From positions 50,455 through 114,454 of the forward strand of contig JBPCIO010000141.1 in the NCBI GenBank assembly GCA_051006215.1: a DNA stretch of 64,000 bases, in the 5' to 3' direction. The notes beneath the pieces were generated by a model that was given only the letters and a program-made list of their open reading frames with translations, was not told the DNA's origin and made no database searches. The stretch comes from Chloroflexota bacterium (GTDB lineage Bacteria; Chloroflexota; UBA6077; CF-72). The translations under genes were made by a program, and so were the position numbers. The stretch's first letter is position 1. Every line of letters starts with the position of its first letter. Positions 46,751 through 55,779 of this stretch are shown piece after piece.

Positions 46751-47968
46751 ATGCGCATCGGCATCGACCTGGCGTGTTGGGCGAACAATCGCGGCTATGG
46801 GCGGTACACCCGCAACCTGATCCGCGCCCTGCTAGCCACCGACAGGAGCCATGACTATCTTGGCTTCGGCGATCACGCGACATTGCAGGCCAACACCTTC
46901 CCGACCGGATTGGAGCTCGTCGCCGTGGCGCTGTCGGAAGCCCCCGCGCAGGCAGCGGCCTCGGATGGTCGGCGTCGGGCGATCGATCTGTGGCGCATGG
47001 CTCGGGCCGTGCAGCGTGCCAAGCTAGACGTGGTGTTCTTCCCTTCCAGCTATACCTATTTCCCGGTGCTTGGTCACGCACGCGCGGTCGTCGTGGTGCA
47101 TGACGCGATTGCCGAACGCATGCCTCAGCTCATCTTTCCCAATCGTGCGGGGCGGCTGGCCTGGACACTCAAGACTCGGCTTGCTTGCTGGCAGGCCCAA
47201 CGCGTGGTCACCGTCTCGCAGGCGGCCGCGGGTGCCATCGAGCAGCACCTGCCGATCGCGCACAGCCGCATACGCATTATCCCCGAAGCGGCCGATCCGA
47301 TCTTCGGGCCGCCCGCCCAAGACGTGGTTGCTCGAACGCGGTTGGCCGCGTTGCGTAAACGCTTCGGGATTCCGCCTGAAGCGCAAATCGTCCTGTACGT
47401 GGGCGGATTCGGTCCCCACAAGAACGTGGGGACGTTGATCGAAGCATTTTCACGACTCGTCAGCAGCGTCGAGCTGCCACTCCACCTGGTACTGGTCGGG
47501 CAATCCGTGGGCGAGGTGTTCCATTCCGAAGTTGGCGCGCTGCAAGAGCAGCTCCGGCGCCAGAGCCTGGGGGATCGAGTCACCTTCACAGGCTTCGTGC
47601 CCGACTCTGAGCTGGTCGACTGGTATCACGCTGCCGCGTGCCTCGTGCTGCCGTCTCGCGACGAAGGGTTTGGGCTGCCGGTCGCCGAGGCTATGGCATG
47701 CGGCACCCCGGTTGTCGCCAGCCGTGTGGGTGCGCTGATGGAGATGGTCGGCGATGACGCGGGGTTGCTGTTCGACCCCGACCGGCCCGAACAACTGGTC
47801 GCGGCGCTGATGCGACTCGTCAGCGGCGACGAGGCTGTCCAACGTCAGCTCAGTGTTGCCGGGCTGAGGCGCGCGGCCACATTTAGCTGGGAGAAGGCCG
47901 CTCTGGCGCTGCGCGCCATTTTCGACGAGCTCGATCCACACCAGAGTCTCGCCTTGGAAACCTCTTGA
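46751..47968 (+). CDS. Glycosyltransferase family 4
   Basis: MRIGIDLACW start and C-terminal GT4 motifs (LVLPSRDEGFGLPVAEAMACGTPVVASRVGA). ATG 46751 is preferred over GTG 46715. Confidence 0.8.
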   Translation: MRIGIDLACWANNRGYGRYTRNLIRALLATDRSHDYLGFGDHATLQANTFPTGLELVAVALSEAPAQAAASDGRRRAIDLWRMARAVQRAKLDVVFFPSSYTYFPVLGHARAVVVVHDAIAERMPQLIFPNRAGRLAWTLKTRLACWQAQRVVTVSQAAAGAIEQHLPIAHSRIRIIPEAADPIFGPPAQDVVARTRLAALRKRFGIPPEAQIVLYVGGFGPHKNVGTLIEAFSRLVSSVELPLHLVLVGQSVGEVFHSEVGALQEQLRRQSLGDRVTFTGFVPDSELVDWYHAAACLVLPSRDEGFGLPVAEAMACGTPVVASRVGALMEMVGDDAGLLFDPDRPEQLVAALMRLVSGDEAVQRQLSVAGLRRAATFSWEKAALALRAIFDELDPHQSLALETS

Positions 47969-49626
47969 TGCGCCGCGAGCTGGGCTTCGCGCTGTTCTGC
48001 CTCCTGATCTATGTCATCAGTGGTACAGGTGTCGTCACGCATGTAGACGGGGTGGTGTACTACGCGCTTGCCCGGCGCATGGTTGACAATGCCACGTTTT
48101 CGCTCGATCGCGGCGATCCTGCCCTGATCACAAATCCAGAGATTATCACTGGCCCCGACGGCATGGGTTACGCACACTTCAATCCGGGTCTACCGATGCT
48201 CATCGCACCTCTTTACGAGATCGGCAAAGTCCTGAGTCCGTGGCTGCCACACGTGTCCGAGTTCACTGCCGCCGACTTTCTGGTGAGCATGACCAATGCC
48301 GTCGTTACAACCGGCGCCGTCTTGCTGGTCGTGCTCCTGGTGCGCGAGTTGGGCTACCCGTTGCGGGCCGCGCTGCTCGCTGGCGCCGCGTTGGGCTTCG
48401 GTAGCATGACCTGGAATTACGCCACCACGCTGTTCACCGAGCCAGCTACGGGTGTGTGCGTCTTGTTGAGCGTGCTGCTACTGGTCCGGTCGCGCCGCAA
48501 CCCTCGACCGGCGCAACTCATCTTCGCGGCCGGCCTGGCCGCGGGCGGGGCGCTGCTGATGCGCGTGAGCGGCCTCGTCTTCATGCCGGGCTTGGCCGTG
48601 TACCTGGTGCTGGCTCACCGCCGTCTTGGTTGGCGCCTGATCTGGCTGCTGGCTGCCTTCAGCCTCGGGTGCGCAGTGCTTGTCGCGGCCACCGGATGGT
48701 ACAACTTCGCTCGTTTCGGCAATGTGCTCGAAACGGGTTACACCATTACCACCAATACCGCCCACAGCAGTGACCGCAACGAGCTGGCCGATGGTCTGGC
48801 CACGCGGGTGGGCGGGCATGGCCTGGACCAGATCCTGTACGCGCTCGTAGCTTTGCTGATCAGCCCTGGTCGAGGGGTGTTGCTGTTCGCGCCCGTGCTG
48901 ATCCTGGGGCTGCTCGGATTACCTGCCCTCGCACGCCGCTGGCCATTGGAGGCGGCCTTGTTGGTAGTGTTGAGCGGCTCACTGCTGGTGGCGGAGGCAA
49001 TTCTGCCATTCGACTACTGGTTCGGCGGATGGAGCTACGGGCCGAGATATCTGGTGCCGATGCTCGGGCTGGGGGCCGTGTCCGCTGCCGCCTGGTTCGC
49101 CCGGGTGAGCCGAGGACCCGCGATTGGATTGCTAGGGGGTGGCGTGCTGGCGCTCATGGTCGCGCTGCAACTGCCGACCGTTTTGGCCAACGTGAACACC
49201 ACCTATTATCGTGCTCAGGTGGCGCGCGGTACGCCTCTGGACCACGTCTACCTGGTCGAATCATGGCAGGCATCGACGTATGTCGGAGCGTGGCTCGAGT
49301 CGGCGCTGGTGACCCAGCGCACGCTGCGCGGCCAGCCGGTGCCCCGCGGGCGTCTGGGTGATTTCCAGGATCCGTCCGCAGCGCTCGAGCAATCGGAGGT
49401 ATTGAATACCTTCCAGCCGTGGTGGCTACGACTGGCGCAAACTGGCCGGCTCGTGGGTGCTGCTCGGCTCGGCATGTTCGGCCTGGTTGGGATGCTACTC
49501 GTCGCGGCCGCGCTCGCCTTGCGAGTGGCCACCGGTGCTTCACTTCTGAGACCCAGCCGTCGCTCCGATAGGCCCGCGACAATTGGTATCCATGTCGATC
49601 GACTGGAAGAGCGCGGTAGTGCTTGA
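47968..49626 (+). CDS. GT-C-like multi-pass membrane glycosyltransferase (putative)
   Basis: About 550 aa, 12 or more TM helices, with large loops containing DxD-like or acidic motifs. The ATG overlaps the upstream stop (TGATG). Confidence 0.5.
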   Translation: MRRELGFALFCLLIYVISGTGVVTHVDGVVYYALARRMVDNATFSLDRGDPALITNPEIITGPDGMGYAHFNPGLPMLIAPLYEIGKVLSPWLPHVSEFTAADFLVSMTNAVVTTGAVLLVVLLVRELGYPLRAALLAGAALGFGSMTWNYATTLFTEPATGVCVLLSVLLLVRSRRNPRPAQLIFAAGLAAGGALLMRVSGLVFMPGLAVYLVLAHRRLGWRLIWLLAAFSLGCAVLVAATGWYNFARFGNVLETGYTITTNTAHSSDRNELADGLATRVGGHGLDQILYALVALLISPGRGVLLFAPVLILGLLGLPALARRWPLEAALLVVLSGSLLVAEAILPFDYWFGGWSYGPRYLVPMLGLGAVSAAAWFARVSRGPAIGLLGGGVLALMVALQLPTVLANVNTTYYRAQVARGTPLDHVYLVESWQASTYVGAWLESALVTQRTLRGQPVPRGRLGDFQDPSAALEQSEVLNTFQPWWLRLAQTGRLVGAARLGMFGLVGMLLVAAALALRVATGASLLRPSRRSDRPATIGIHVDRLEERGSA

Positions 49627-49660
49627 AAACGCTCGCGACCAGGCGTCTCGCTCCTTCTGC

Positions 49661-50896
49661 ATGGTCACGACGTTTTATCCGCCCTACCACTTCGGCGGTG
49701 ACGCGATGTTCGTGTACCGACTGGCAAACGAGCTGGCCAGCCGCGGCCACCGCGTCACGGTTGCCCACTGCGTCGACGCGTATAAGAGCCTGCAGCCTCG
49801 TGCGCCAACAGCCACATTCGCCAACCATCCAAACGTGACCGTACGCCGACTGAAAAGCAGGTGGGGAACGCTTTCTCCGATGGTTACGTATCTGACCGGC
49901 AAGCCCGGGCCAAAGGCGCCGGCGCTACGGGCGCTCTTCGCACGGGAGCAGTTCGACGTTACACACTTTCACAACATCTCTTTGATTGGCGGGCCCGCCG
50001 TGCTGCGCTATGGATCGGGCGTCAAGCTGTACACAATGCACGAGCACTGGCTGGTGTGCCCGATGCACGTCCTCTGGAAAAACAATCGCGAGCCGTGTGT
50101 CACTCCAGAGTGCTTCAAATGCACGCTCGCGTTTCGACGCCCTCCACAACTGTGGCGTTACAGCGGCTTGATGGCGCGCGAGCTACCCCGGGTCGATCTT
50201 TTTCTCTCGCCGAGTCTCTTTACCGAAAACGAGCACCGCAAGCGAGGCTTCACGCTGCCGATTCGGCACCTTCCGCACTTCTTGCCAGTGCCTGAAGCCA
50301 GTCCGCTCAGCCCGGGCACGGCAGCCACCACGCTCGGCCGACCGTACTTCCTGTTCGTCGGGCGCCTCGAACAGATCAAGGGCCTACCCACGCTGCTGGA
50401 GGTGTTCCGTCGCTACCCTCAGGCTGACCTCGTTGTTGCCGGCGACGGTGAGTCCGCGCAGGCATTTCGCCAACAGGCAGCCGATCTTCCCCACGTTCGC
50501 TTCCTAGGCCACGTTCAGCCCAGCAGTCTCGGCCACCTGTACAGGAATGCCATCGCCTTGCTCGTTCCCTCACTGTGCTACGAGGTTTTTGGTCTGGTTA
50601 GCCTGGAGGCTTTCGCCCAGCGCACCCCGGTGATCGTGCATGATTGGGGCGCTTTGCCCGAATGCGTCGAACAAAGCGGGGGCGGCTTCACCTATCGGAC
50701 CCAGGCAGAGCTCGTACACGCCATGCAGCGTTTGCAGCAGGACCCGGCGCTGCGGTCCGAGCTGGGCGAGCGTGGATACCAGGGCTTCTTGCGGTGGTGG
50801 TCGGCCGGACCCCACCTGGACGCCTACTTCGCCGCGATCGACGAGGCTGCCGAGCTCCACCGCCGCCGAGAGGATATGTGCACCTCCCAATCCTGA
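49661..50896 (+). CDS. Glycosyltransferase family 4
   Basis: The N-terminus reads MVTTFYPPYHFGGDAM (GT4 N-terminal domain); the C-terminal motif is LLVPSLCYEVFGLVSLEAFAQRTPVIV. Confidence 0.75.
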   Translation: MVTTFYPPYHFGGDAMFVYRLANELASRGHRVTVAHCVDAYKSLQPRAPTATFANHPNVTVRRLKSRWGTLSPMVTYLTGKPGPKAPALRALFAREQFDVTHFHNISLIGGPAVLRYGSGVKLYTMHEHWLVCPMHVLWKNNREPCVTPECFKCTLAFRRPPQLWRYSGLMARELPRVDLFLSPSLFTENEHRKRGFTLPIRHLPHFLPVPEASPLSPGTAATTLGRPYFLFVGRLEQIKGLPTLLEVFRRYPQADLVVAGDGESAQAFRQQAADLPHVRFLGHVQPSSLGHLYRNAIALLVPSLCYEVFGLVSLEAFAQRTPVIVHDWGALPECVEQSGGGFTYRTQAELVHAMQRLQQDPALRSELGERGYQGFLRWWSAGPHLDAYFAAIDEAAELHRRREDMCTSQS

Positions 50897-51648
50897 TGTA
50901 CCACAGCCTCGATGAGACCGGGTCGCGGGTATCGATCGCCCCATACACATTCGAACGGCAGCTTCGCCGTCTCCGCGACTCGGGCTACAGCGTGCTGCCC
51001 CTGGGCGAGGCGTTGGCTGGGCGGGCGTCCACGTCGGCCGCTCGGCACTCAACCCCGCGCGTAGCCGCGCTGACTTTTGATGACGGCTACGCCTCCGTGT
51101 ACCAGATTGCGGCGCCTCTGCTGGCGAATTTCGGTTGGCGCGCCACCCTCTTCCCCGTGAGCGACTATATCGGTTCGCACAACCAGTGGCCCGGCCAGGC
51201 CTCTTTTGTCCCCCGGGCGCAACTGCTGTCGTGGACCCAACTCAATGAGCTCGCGGGCGCCGGATGGGAAATTGGCGCTCACACCCGTACACATCCGGAC
51301 CTCACCCGCTTGGCGCCGCACGAACTACAAGCAGAGGTGGTAGGTGGCAAGCGCATCCTGGAAGAGCGTTTGGGGCGCACCGTCGATCTGTTCGCCTACC
51401 CCTCGGGACGGTACGACGCGCGCGTACGAACGACCGTCCGCCACCACTTCCGCGCGGCATGCACAACCGACATGGGCATCGCATCGGAGACCAGCCCGTG
51501 GGACGCCCTGGAGCGTATCGAGATGTGGGATTTTGCCCGACCCGGCACGCACTGGCTGCTAGGATCGAAGCTGATGTCCCCGTACGTCGCTGCGTGCCGG
51601 GCTGCCCGGATGCTCAAGTCGACAGTTACCATGCGTGGCATCGGCTGA
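50878..51648 (+). CDS. Polysaccharide deacetylase (CE4/NodB-homology domain)
   Basis: ILMYHSL start region, LTFDDGY motif, and later His-containing motifs (GAHTRTHPDL). The start is uncertain: GTG 50878, or ATG 50896 overlapping the upstream stop (TGATG). Confidence 0.8.
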   Translation: MHLPILMYHSLDETGSRVSIAPYTFERQLRRLRDSGYSVLPLGEALAGRASTSAARHSTPRVAALTFDDGYASVYQIAAPLLANFGWRATLFPVSDYIGSHNQWPGQASFVPRAQLLSWTQLNELAGAGWEIGAHTRTHPDLTRLAPHELQAEVVGGKRILEERLGRTVDLFAYPSGRYDARVRTTVRHHFRAACTTDMGIASETSPWDALERIEMWDFARPGTHWLLGSKLMSPYVAACRAARMLKSTVTMRGIG

Positions 51649-51663
51649 GGGAATCACACCTGC

Positions 51664-52800
51664 ATGCGCGTTCCGCTAGTTGATTTAGCAGCCCAGTTCC
51701 AGCCCATCAAACACGAAGTGATGCGGGCGATCGAAGACGTCCTGGGCGACATGCATCTATTTCTCGGTCCAAACACCCATGCGTTCGAAGAGGAGTTCGC
51801 CGCCTACTGCGGCGTGCCCTTCTGTGTCGCCGTCGCCAATGGCACAGACGCGCTGCACCTGGCTCTGCGGGCGGCGGGGGTGGGCCAGGGTGATGAAGTG
51901 ATCACCGTCGCGCACACCTTCTTCGCTACGACCGAAGCGATCGTGATGGCTGGGGCCACGCCCGTGTACGTGGACATCGATCCACGCACCTTTACCATGG
52001 ACGTCAGCCAGATCGAAGCGCGGATCACACCCCGCACCAAGGCCATCATGCCGGTACACCTGTACGGCCAGATGGCCGATATGGACCCGATCATGGACAT
52101 CGCCGCACGCTACGACCTGGTCGTCGTCGAGGACGCCGCCCAGGCCCACGGCGCCGAATACACCGGCCGCCGCGCGGGATCGATTGGGCAACTGGGGGCT
52201 TTCAGCTTCTACTACTCCAAGAACCTCGGCGCGTACGGCGAAAGCGGCGCGGTCGTCACCTCCGACCCCGAGCTCGCCCGCCGACTGCGTCTGTACCGTG
52301 ACCACGGGTCTGAGCAGCGCTACCACCACCTCGAATTCGGCTTCAACTCGCGCATGGACGAGATCCAGGCGGCTGTGCTGCGTATCAAACTACGCCATCT
52401 CGAGTCCTGGAATGTTCAGCGCCGCCAGCACGCGGCTGTCTACGATCGTTTGCTTGCCAACACGAATGTGGCACTTCCCGCAACCGCGCCTGGACGCACC
52501 CACATTTATTACGTCTACGTGGTTCGAAGCGCCGACCGCGACGGGTTGCAGCAGGCCCTTGCCGAGCACGACATAGGAACCGCGATTCACTTCCCCATTC
52601 CCAATCATCTGCAGGCGGCCAGCCGCAGGCTGGGCTATCACGAGACTGACCTGCCGCATACGGAGCAGGCCGCGCGCGAAGTACTGTCGATTCCGATGTA
52701 TCCGGAGCTCACTGGCGATCAGCTGGAGTGGATCGCCGCGTGTATCAGCCAGCACGTCGGGGTGGGTAACAGCTTCGAGTCGCACGTTCCCGTTTCTTGA
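51664..52800 (+). CDS. DegT/DnrJ/EryC1/StrS-family PLP-dependent sugar aminotransferase
   Basis: Typical N-terminus VPLVDLAAQF and a YSKNLGA motif containing the PLP-binding Lys. Confidence 0.85.
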   Translation: MRVPLVDLAAQFQPIKHEVMRAIEDVLGDMHLFLGPNTHAFEEEFAAYCGVPFCVAVANGTDALHLALRAAGVGQGDEVITVAHTFFATTEAIVMAGATPVYVDIDPRTFTMDVSQIEARITPRTKAIMPVHLYGQMADMDPIMDIAARYDLVVVEDAAQAHGAEYTGRRAGSIGQLGAFSFYYSKNLGAYGESGAVVTSDPELARRLRLYRDHGSEQRYHHLEFGFNSRMDEIQAAVLRIKLRHLESWNVQRRQHAAVYDRLLANTNVALPATAPGRTHIYYVYVVRSADRDGLQQALAEHDIGTAIHFPIPNHLQAASRRLGYHETDLPHTEQAAREVLSIPMYPELTGDQLEWIAACISQHVGVGNSFESHVPVS

Positions 52801-52861
52801 CGCATCCTACGCCACCCTCGGCACTCGACTGAGATGTAACACCCGGGTGGACGCGAGCTGA

Positions 52862-52896
52862 AGGGGTCCAGCGCGCGGCCCTCGGGCGTTTTTTTG
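52862..52896 (+). terminator. Possible intrinsic terminator between convergent genes (GC-rich stem followed by T7 run)
   Basis: cgcgcggccctcgggcg followed by ttttttt. The T7 run is conspicuous in a GC-rich genome, but the stem is weak. Confidence 0.3.
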
Positions 52897-55200
52897 TCAG
52901 CGGACGCTCACCGTCGCAGCGCTGGCGTTCCAGCTGTAGAGCGTCCCCCAGCCAGGCGAGAACACGCCGATCATGACCGTGTACCTACCGCTGTTCGCAT
53001 CGGCAGACACCTGCCACGTGGCAGTCAGGCTGCGTGTCTGACCGGCGCTGAACGATCGGTTGTCCCACGCTTGCTGAAACACCTTGGTGCCCGAGGCGTC
53101 GTACACCTCGAGGTCGACCAGCGCCGAGATCGCCGTGTTACTCCTCACCCGCGCCGTGAGTGCCACGTTGGTGCCCCGCTGGGCGACCGCTGGGGTGATG
53201 GCGCGGGTGGTGAATCCGATCTGGGTCGAGCCCGGCGTTGGTGTTGGCGTTCTGGTTGGCATCAAAGTCGACGTACTGGTGGCAACTGGCGTATTGGTGG
53301 GCACCGGCGTGCTGGTCGGCTTCGGAGTTGACGTGTTCACCGGGCTCGTCGTCGCAGTCGCAGTCGACGCCACGTCGGCGGTGACCGAAAACGTGCCGGC
53401 TGAGCTATTCCAATTCTCGAGCGCGCCCCAGCCCGGACCAAAGACGCCAACCATGATCGTGTACGTCCCGGTGGCAGCGGTACTGGGCACCTGCCAGGAC
53501 GTGCTGAACAGCCTCGGTTGTCCGGCGCTGAAGGCCTGGTTGTCCCAGTACTGCTGCGACACCTTGGTAAACGACGGGTCGTACACCTCGACGTCGATCA
53601 GCGCTGGCGATGCTGGCGGATTCGTGACCGTCGACGCTATCGAAACGATCGCACCCCGCGCGATCGGATTTGGTGAAGCGGCGGCGCTGCTGGAAAACCC
53701 CGATTGCCCCGGCTGCGTAGCCGTGGCAGTCGGCGTGACCGCAGGGCTCGGAGTGGAAGTCGGGCCGGTTGTCGGTGTGGAGGTCGGGCCTGTGGTTGGC
53801 GCCGAGGTTGGCGTACTCGTCGGCGGCGGCCCGCCGCTCAGCGGAATCGGGTTCGTGTAGTACGCCTGCCCCTGCAGACGGACGTAGCCACCATCGTCGT
53901 CCGGCACGCTTGACACGTGCGTATTGCAGATCTGTCCGGAGCTGATGCCGTCTGAGGTGCAGAAAGAAGCTGGATTCGTAATCCCATCGTTCTTGGAGTC
54001 GGTGTACGTCGTGTTTCCGGCATTGCCAGCGCCAAACATCGCACCCACGATGCCAACATTGATCAGCTCCTGAACGTGGCCGAAAATGTACTCGGCGCGG
54101 TTGTCCTGGAAATGACCGTCGGTATTGTTTTCGGTATCGAAGTACTGGTTGCCGAGTGGGACCTGCCACAGCAGCATCGGCCGGTTGGCGTCGGCCACAA
54201 TTGCAGCCTGCAGGTACTGCTCCCACCTGGCGAAGTTCGGAAAGCTCACGTTGTTGCGGTCCCACCACCGGTTTTGCCCAAACTGGACTTTGTACTGCCC
54301 GGCATCACGATCCAACGGATCGTTGAACAGCAGCTCGTGGGCTCCGAATTGGCTCACGAAGGCGCCCACCTGTTGCCCCAGCGCAGCCGCGTTGGTGTTG
54401 GAGCTGGTGTCCGTACCGATGTCGATGCCCGTCGCCCAGGCGGACACGTGGTACGCCAGCAACACGTTCGGCGCATACATGTCGCGGATGTGCGCCAGGG
54501 CCTGCGTGAACCCAGCGTAGGTGTTCGAATACACCGCCACGTCGGCGTAGCCAGAGCTACTTACTGACGCTTTCAGCAAACCAGGGTCGTTGCCCTGCCC
54601 GGTGCAGAAGCCGAAGCACGCGCCCACGTTGTTGTTGACCGCTTGCATGGCGTACCCGCCAGTGAAATCTGGCTCGAGGTCAATCAAGGCCGTCTTGCCA
54701 AAACCCTGGACACCGTCGTATGTGCCCGTCCCGAGGCGCTTCATGAGCAGGGCAAAGTTCTGGTAGTACGCGCTCATGAGCGGGACCGTATTCAAATTGG
54801 TGATGTCCTTCTGATTCTCGTTGCAGTTGGTGCAGCTGCCACTACTCTGCAGCAGCTCGTAGTATGGAAACACGGGTATGTAGCCGTGTTGCGCGGACTC
54901 CAGCGCATAGTTCGAGGCAAACGTTCCACTGGAATTCCATGTCTCCCAACCCGCTCCGGTGTTGACTCCGCCGACCAGGTACTGGTACCGGTAGTCCCAG
55001 CGAATGCCACTCTGCGGCATCCACGTGTCACCCTGCCCGGCCGCCAGGCCAAATCCGAAATGCGAAGGCAGGCCACTCGGTACGGTCTGGGCTGGGGCAG
55101 CCTGCAAGGGCAGGCCGAGTGGCACAGCAAAGACGAGGGCGGTCAGGCAGCTCAGAGCTGTCCGTGTGGCCGAAAACGGGTATTTTGCAGATAACAGCAT
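52897..55200 (-). CDS. Secreted multidomain carbohydrate-active protein: N-terminal putative glycoside-hydrolase-like domain, Pro/Thr linkers, two tandem C-terminal beta-sandwich (CBM-like) repeats
   Basis: Signal peptide from ATG 55200 (MLLSAKYPFSATRTALSCLTALVFAVPLGLPLQAAPA). Two PT-rich linkers. Two ~100-aa repeats at about 55% identity (…LIDVEVYDPSFTKVSQQYWDNQAFSAGQ… / …LVDLEVYDASGTKVFQQAWDNRSFSAGQ…). Confidence 0.6.
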   Translation of the reverse strand: MLLSAKYPFSATRTALSCLTALVFAVPLGLPLQAAPAQTVPSGLPSHFGFGLAAGQGDTWMPQSGIRWDYRYQYLVGGVNTGAGWETWNSSGTFASNYALESAQHGYIPVFPYYELLQSSGSCTNCNENQKDITNLNTVPLMSAYYQNFALLMKRLGTGTYDGVQGFGKTALIDLEPDFTGGYAMQAVNNNVGACFGFCTGQGNDPGLLKASVSSSGYADVAVYSNTYAGFTQALAHIRDMYAPNVLLAYHVSAWATGIDIGTDTSSNTNAAALGQQVGAFVSQFGAHELLFNDPLDRDAGQYKVQFGQNRWWDRNNVSFPNFARWEQYLQAAIVADANRPMLLWQVPLGNQYFDTENNTDGHFQDNRAEYIFGHVQELINVGIVGAMFGAGNAGNTTYTDSKNDGITNPASFCTSDGISSGQICNTHVSSVPDDDGGYVRLQGQAYYTNPIPLSGGPPPTSTPTSAPTTGPTSTPTTGPTSTPSPAVTPTATATQPGQSGFSSSAAASPNPIARGAIVSIASTVTNPPASPALIDVEVYDPSFTKVSQQYWDNQAFSAGQPRLFSTSWQVPSTAATGTYTIMVGVFGPGWGALENWNSSAGTFSVTADVASTATATTSPVNTSTPKPTSTPVPTNTPVATSTSTLMPTRTPTPTPGSTQIGFTTRAITPAVAQRGTNVALTARVRSNTAISALVDLEVYDASGTKVFQQAWDNRSFSAGQTRSLTATWQVSADANSGRYTVMIGVFSPGWGTLYSWNASAATVSVR

Positions 55201-55710
55201 TGCTTGAACCTCGGGCCTGGTCCCGTCTGAACCGACCACGTCAGATACACGGCGCGTGCGTGTCTAAGGGGACGGCTTGAAGGCCTTCCCGTCGTCGCCA
55301 CCTGGAGATGTATCAGGCGGCCTCGGAGCGACTTAGCTGCACGCTGGAGTCCCACATGGACTCCAATCTCGGACAGTTTCGTCCGATTTGCTCACCGGCA
55401 GGTAACGGAGCCGTGAGCCAACTGTGCACGCCACGACAACAAACGCGCCTGCGCGCCCGATGGTTATGGGCGGAGCGACCGAATTCAAGTGCGGCCGGCA
55501 AGGAGGTGGAGCTGCGCGGACGGCGTGCGCCAACGTGACCGGCAACACTGCCAGCCCCGCTCAGGTCCAGTGCCTGAGGCGTTTGAGTTCGATCGGACTC
55601 AGCCCCTGCTTCAACTGGGCTGGCAGGGCCAGGTTGTCTGTCAGATTGGTGACCAGGGGGCAGCCGAGCCCCAGGGGCGCTCGGAAGCGAAGCTAGCTCG
55701 TCCAGGGCAC

Positions 55711-55745
55711 GAAAAAGGGGCCACCTGGTGGTGGCCCCTTTCGTT
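55711..55745 (-). terminator. Rho-independent terminator for the response-regulator gene
   Basis: Perfect 12-bp stem aaaggggccacc/ggtggccccttt with a 4-nt loop. On the minus strand it is followed by TTTTT. It lies 35 nt downstream of the stop at 55780. Confidence 0.6.
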
Positions 55746-55779
55746 CCCCGAAGGGTAGTCGTCGTATGTGGTTGCGGTG

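Noticed and set aside
52862-52896. Strong bidirectional terminator between DegT and the glycanase-like gene
   Set aside because: It is kept only as a low-confidence feature. The T7 run is real but the preceding stem is at best 4-5 bp with a 2-nt loop, so a canonical intrinsic terminator is not supported.
53084-54268. ORFs 53084..53860 (+) and 53405..54268 (-) inside the secreted glycanase-like gene
   Set aside because: They are generated by the Pro/Thr-linker region and high GC content, are low-complexity translations, and are fully contained in a well-supported minus-strand gene.
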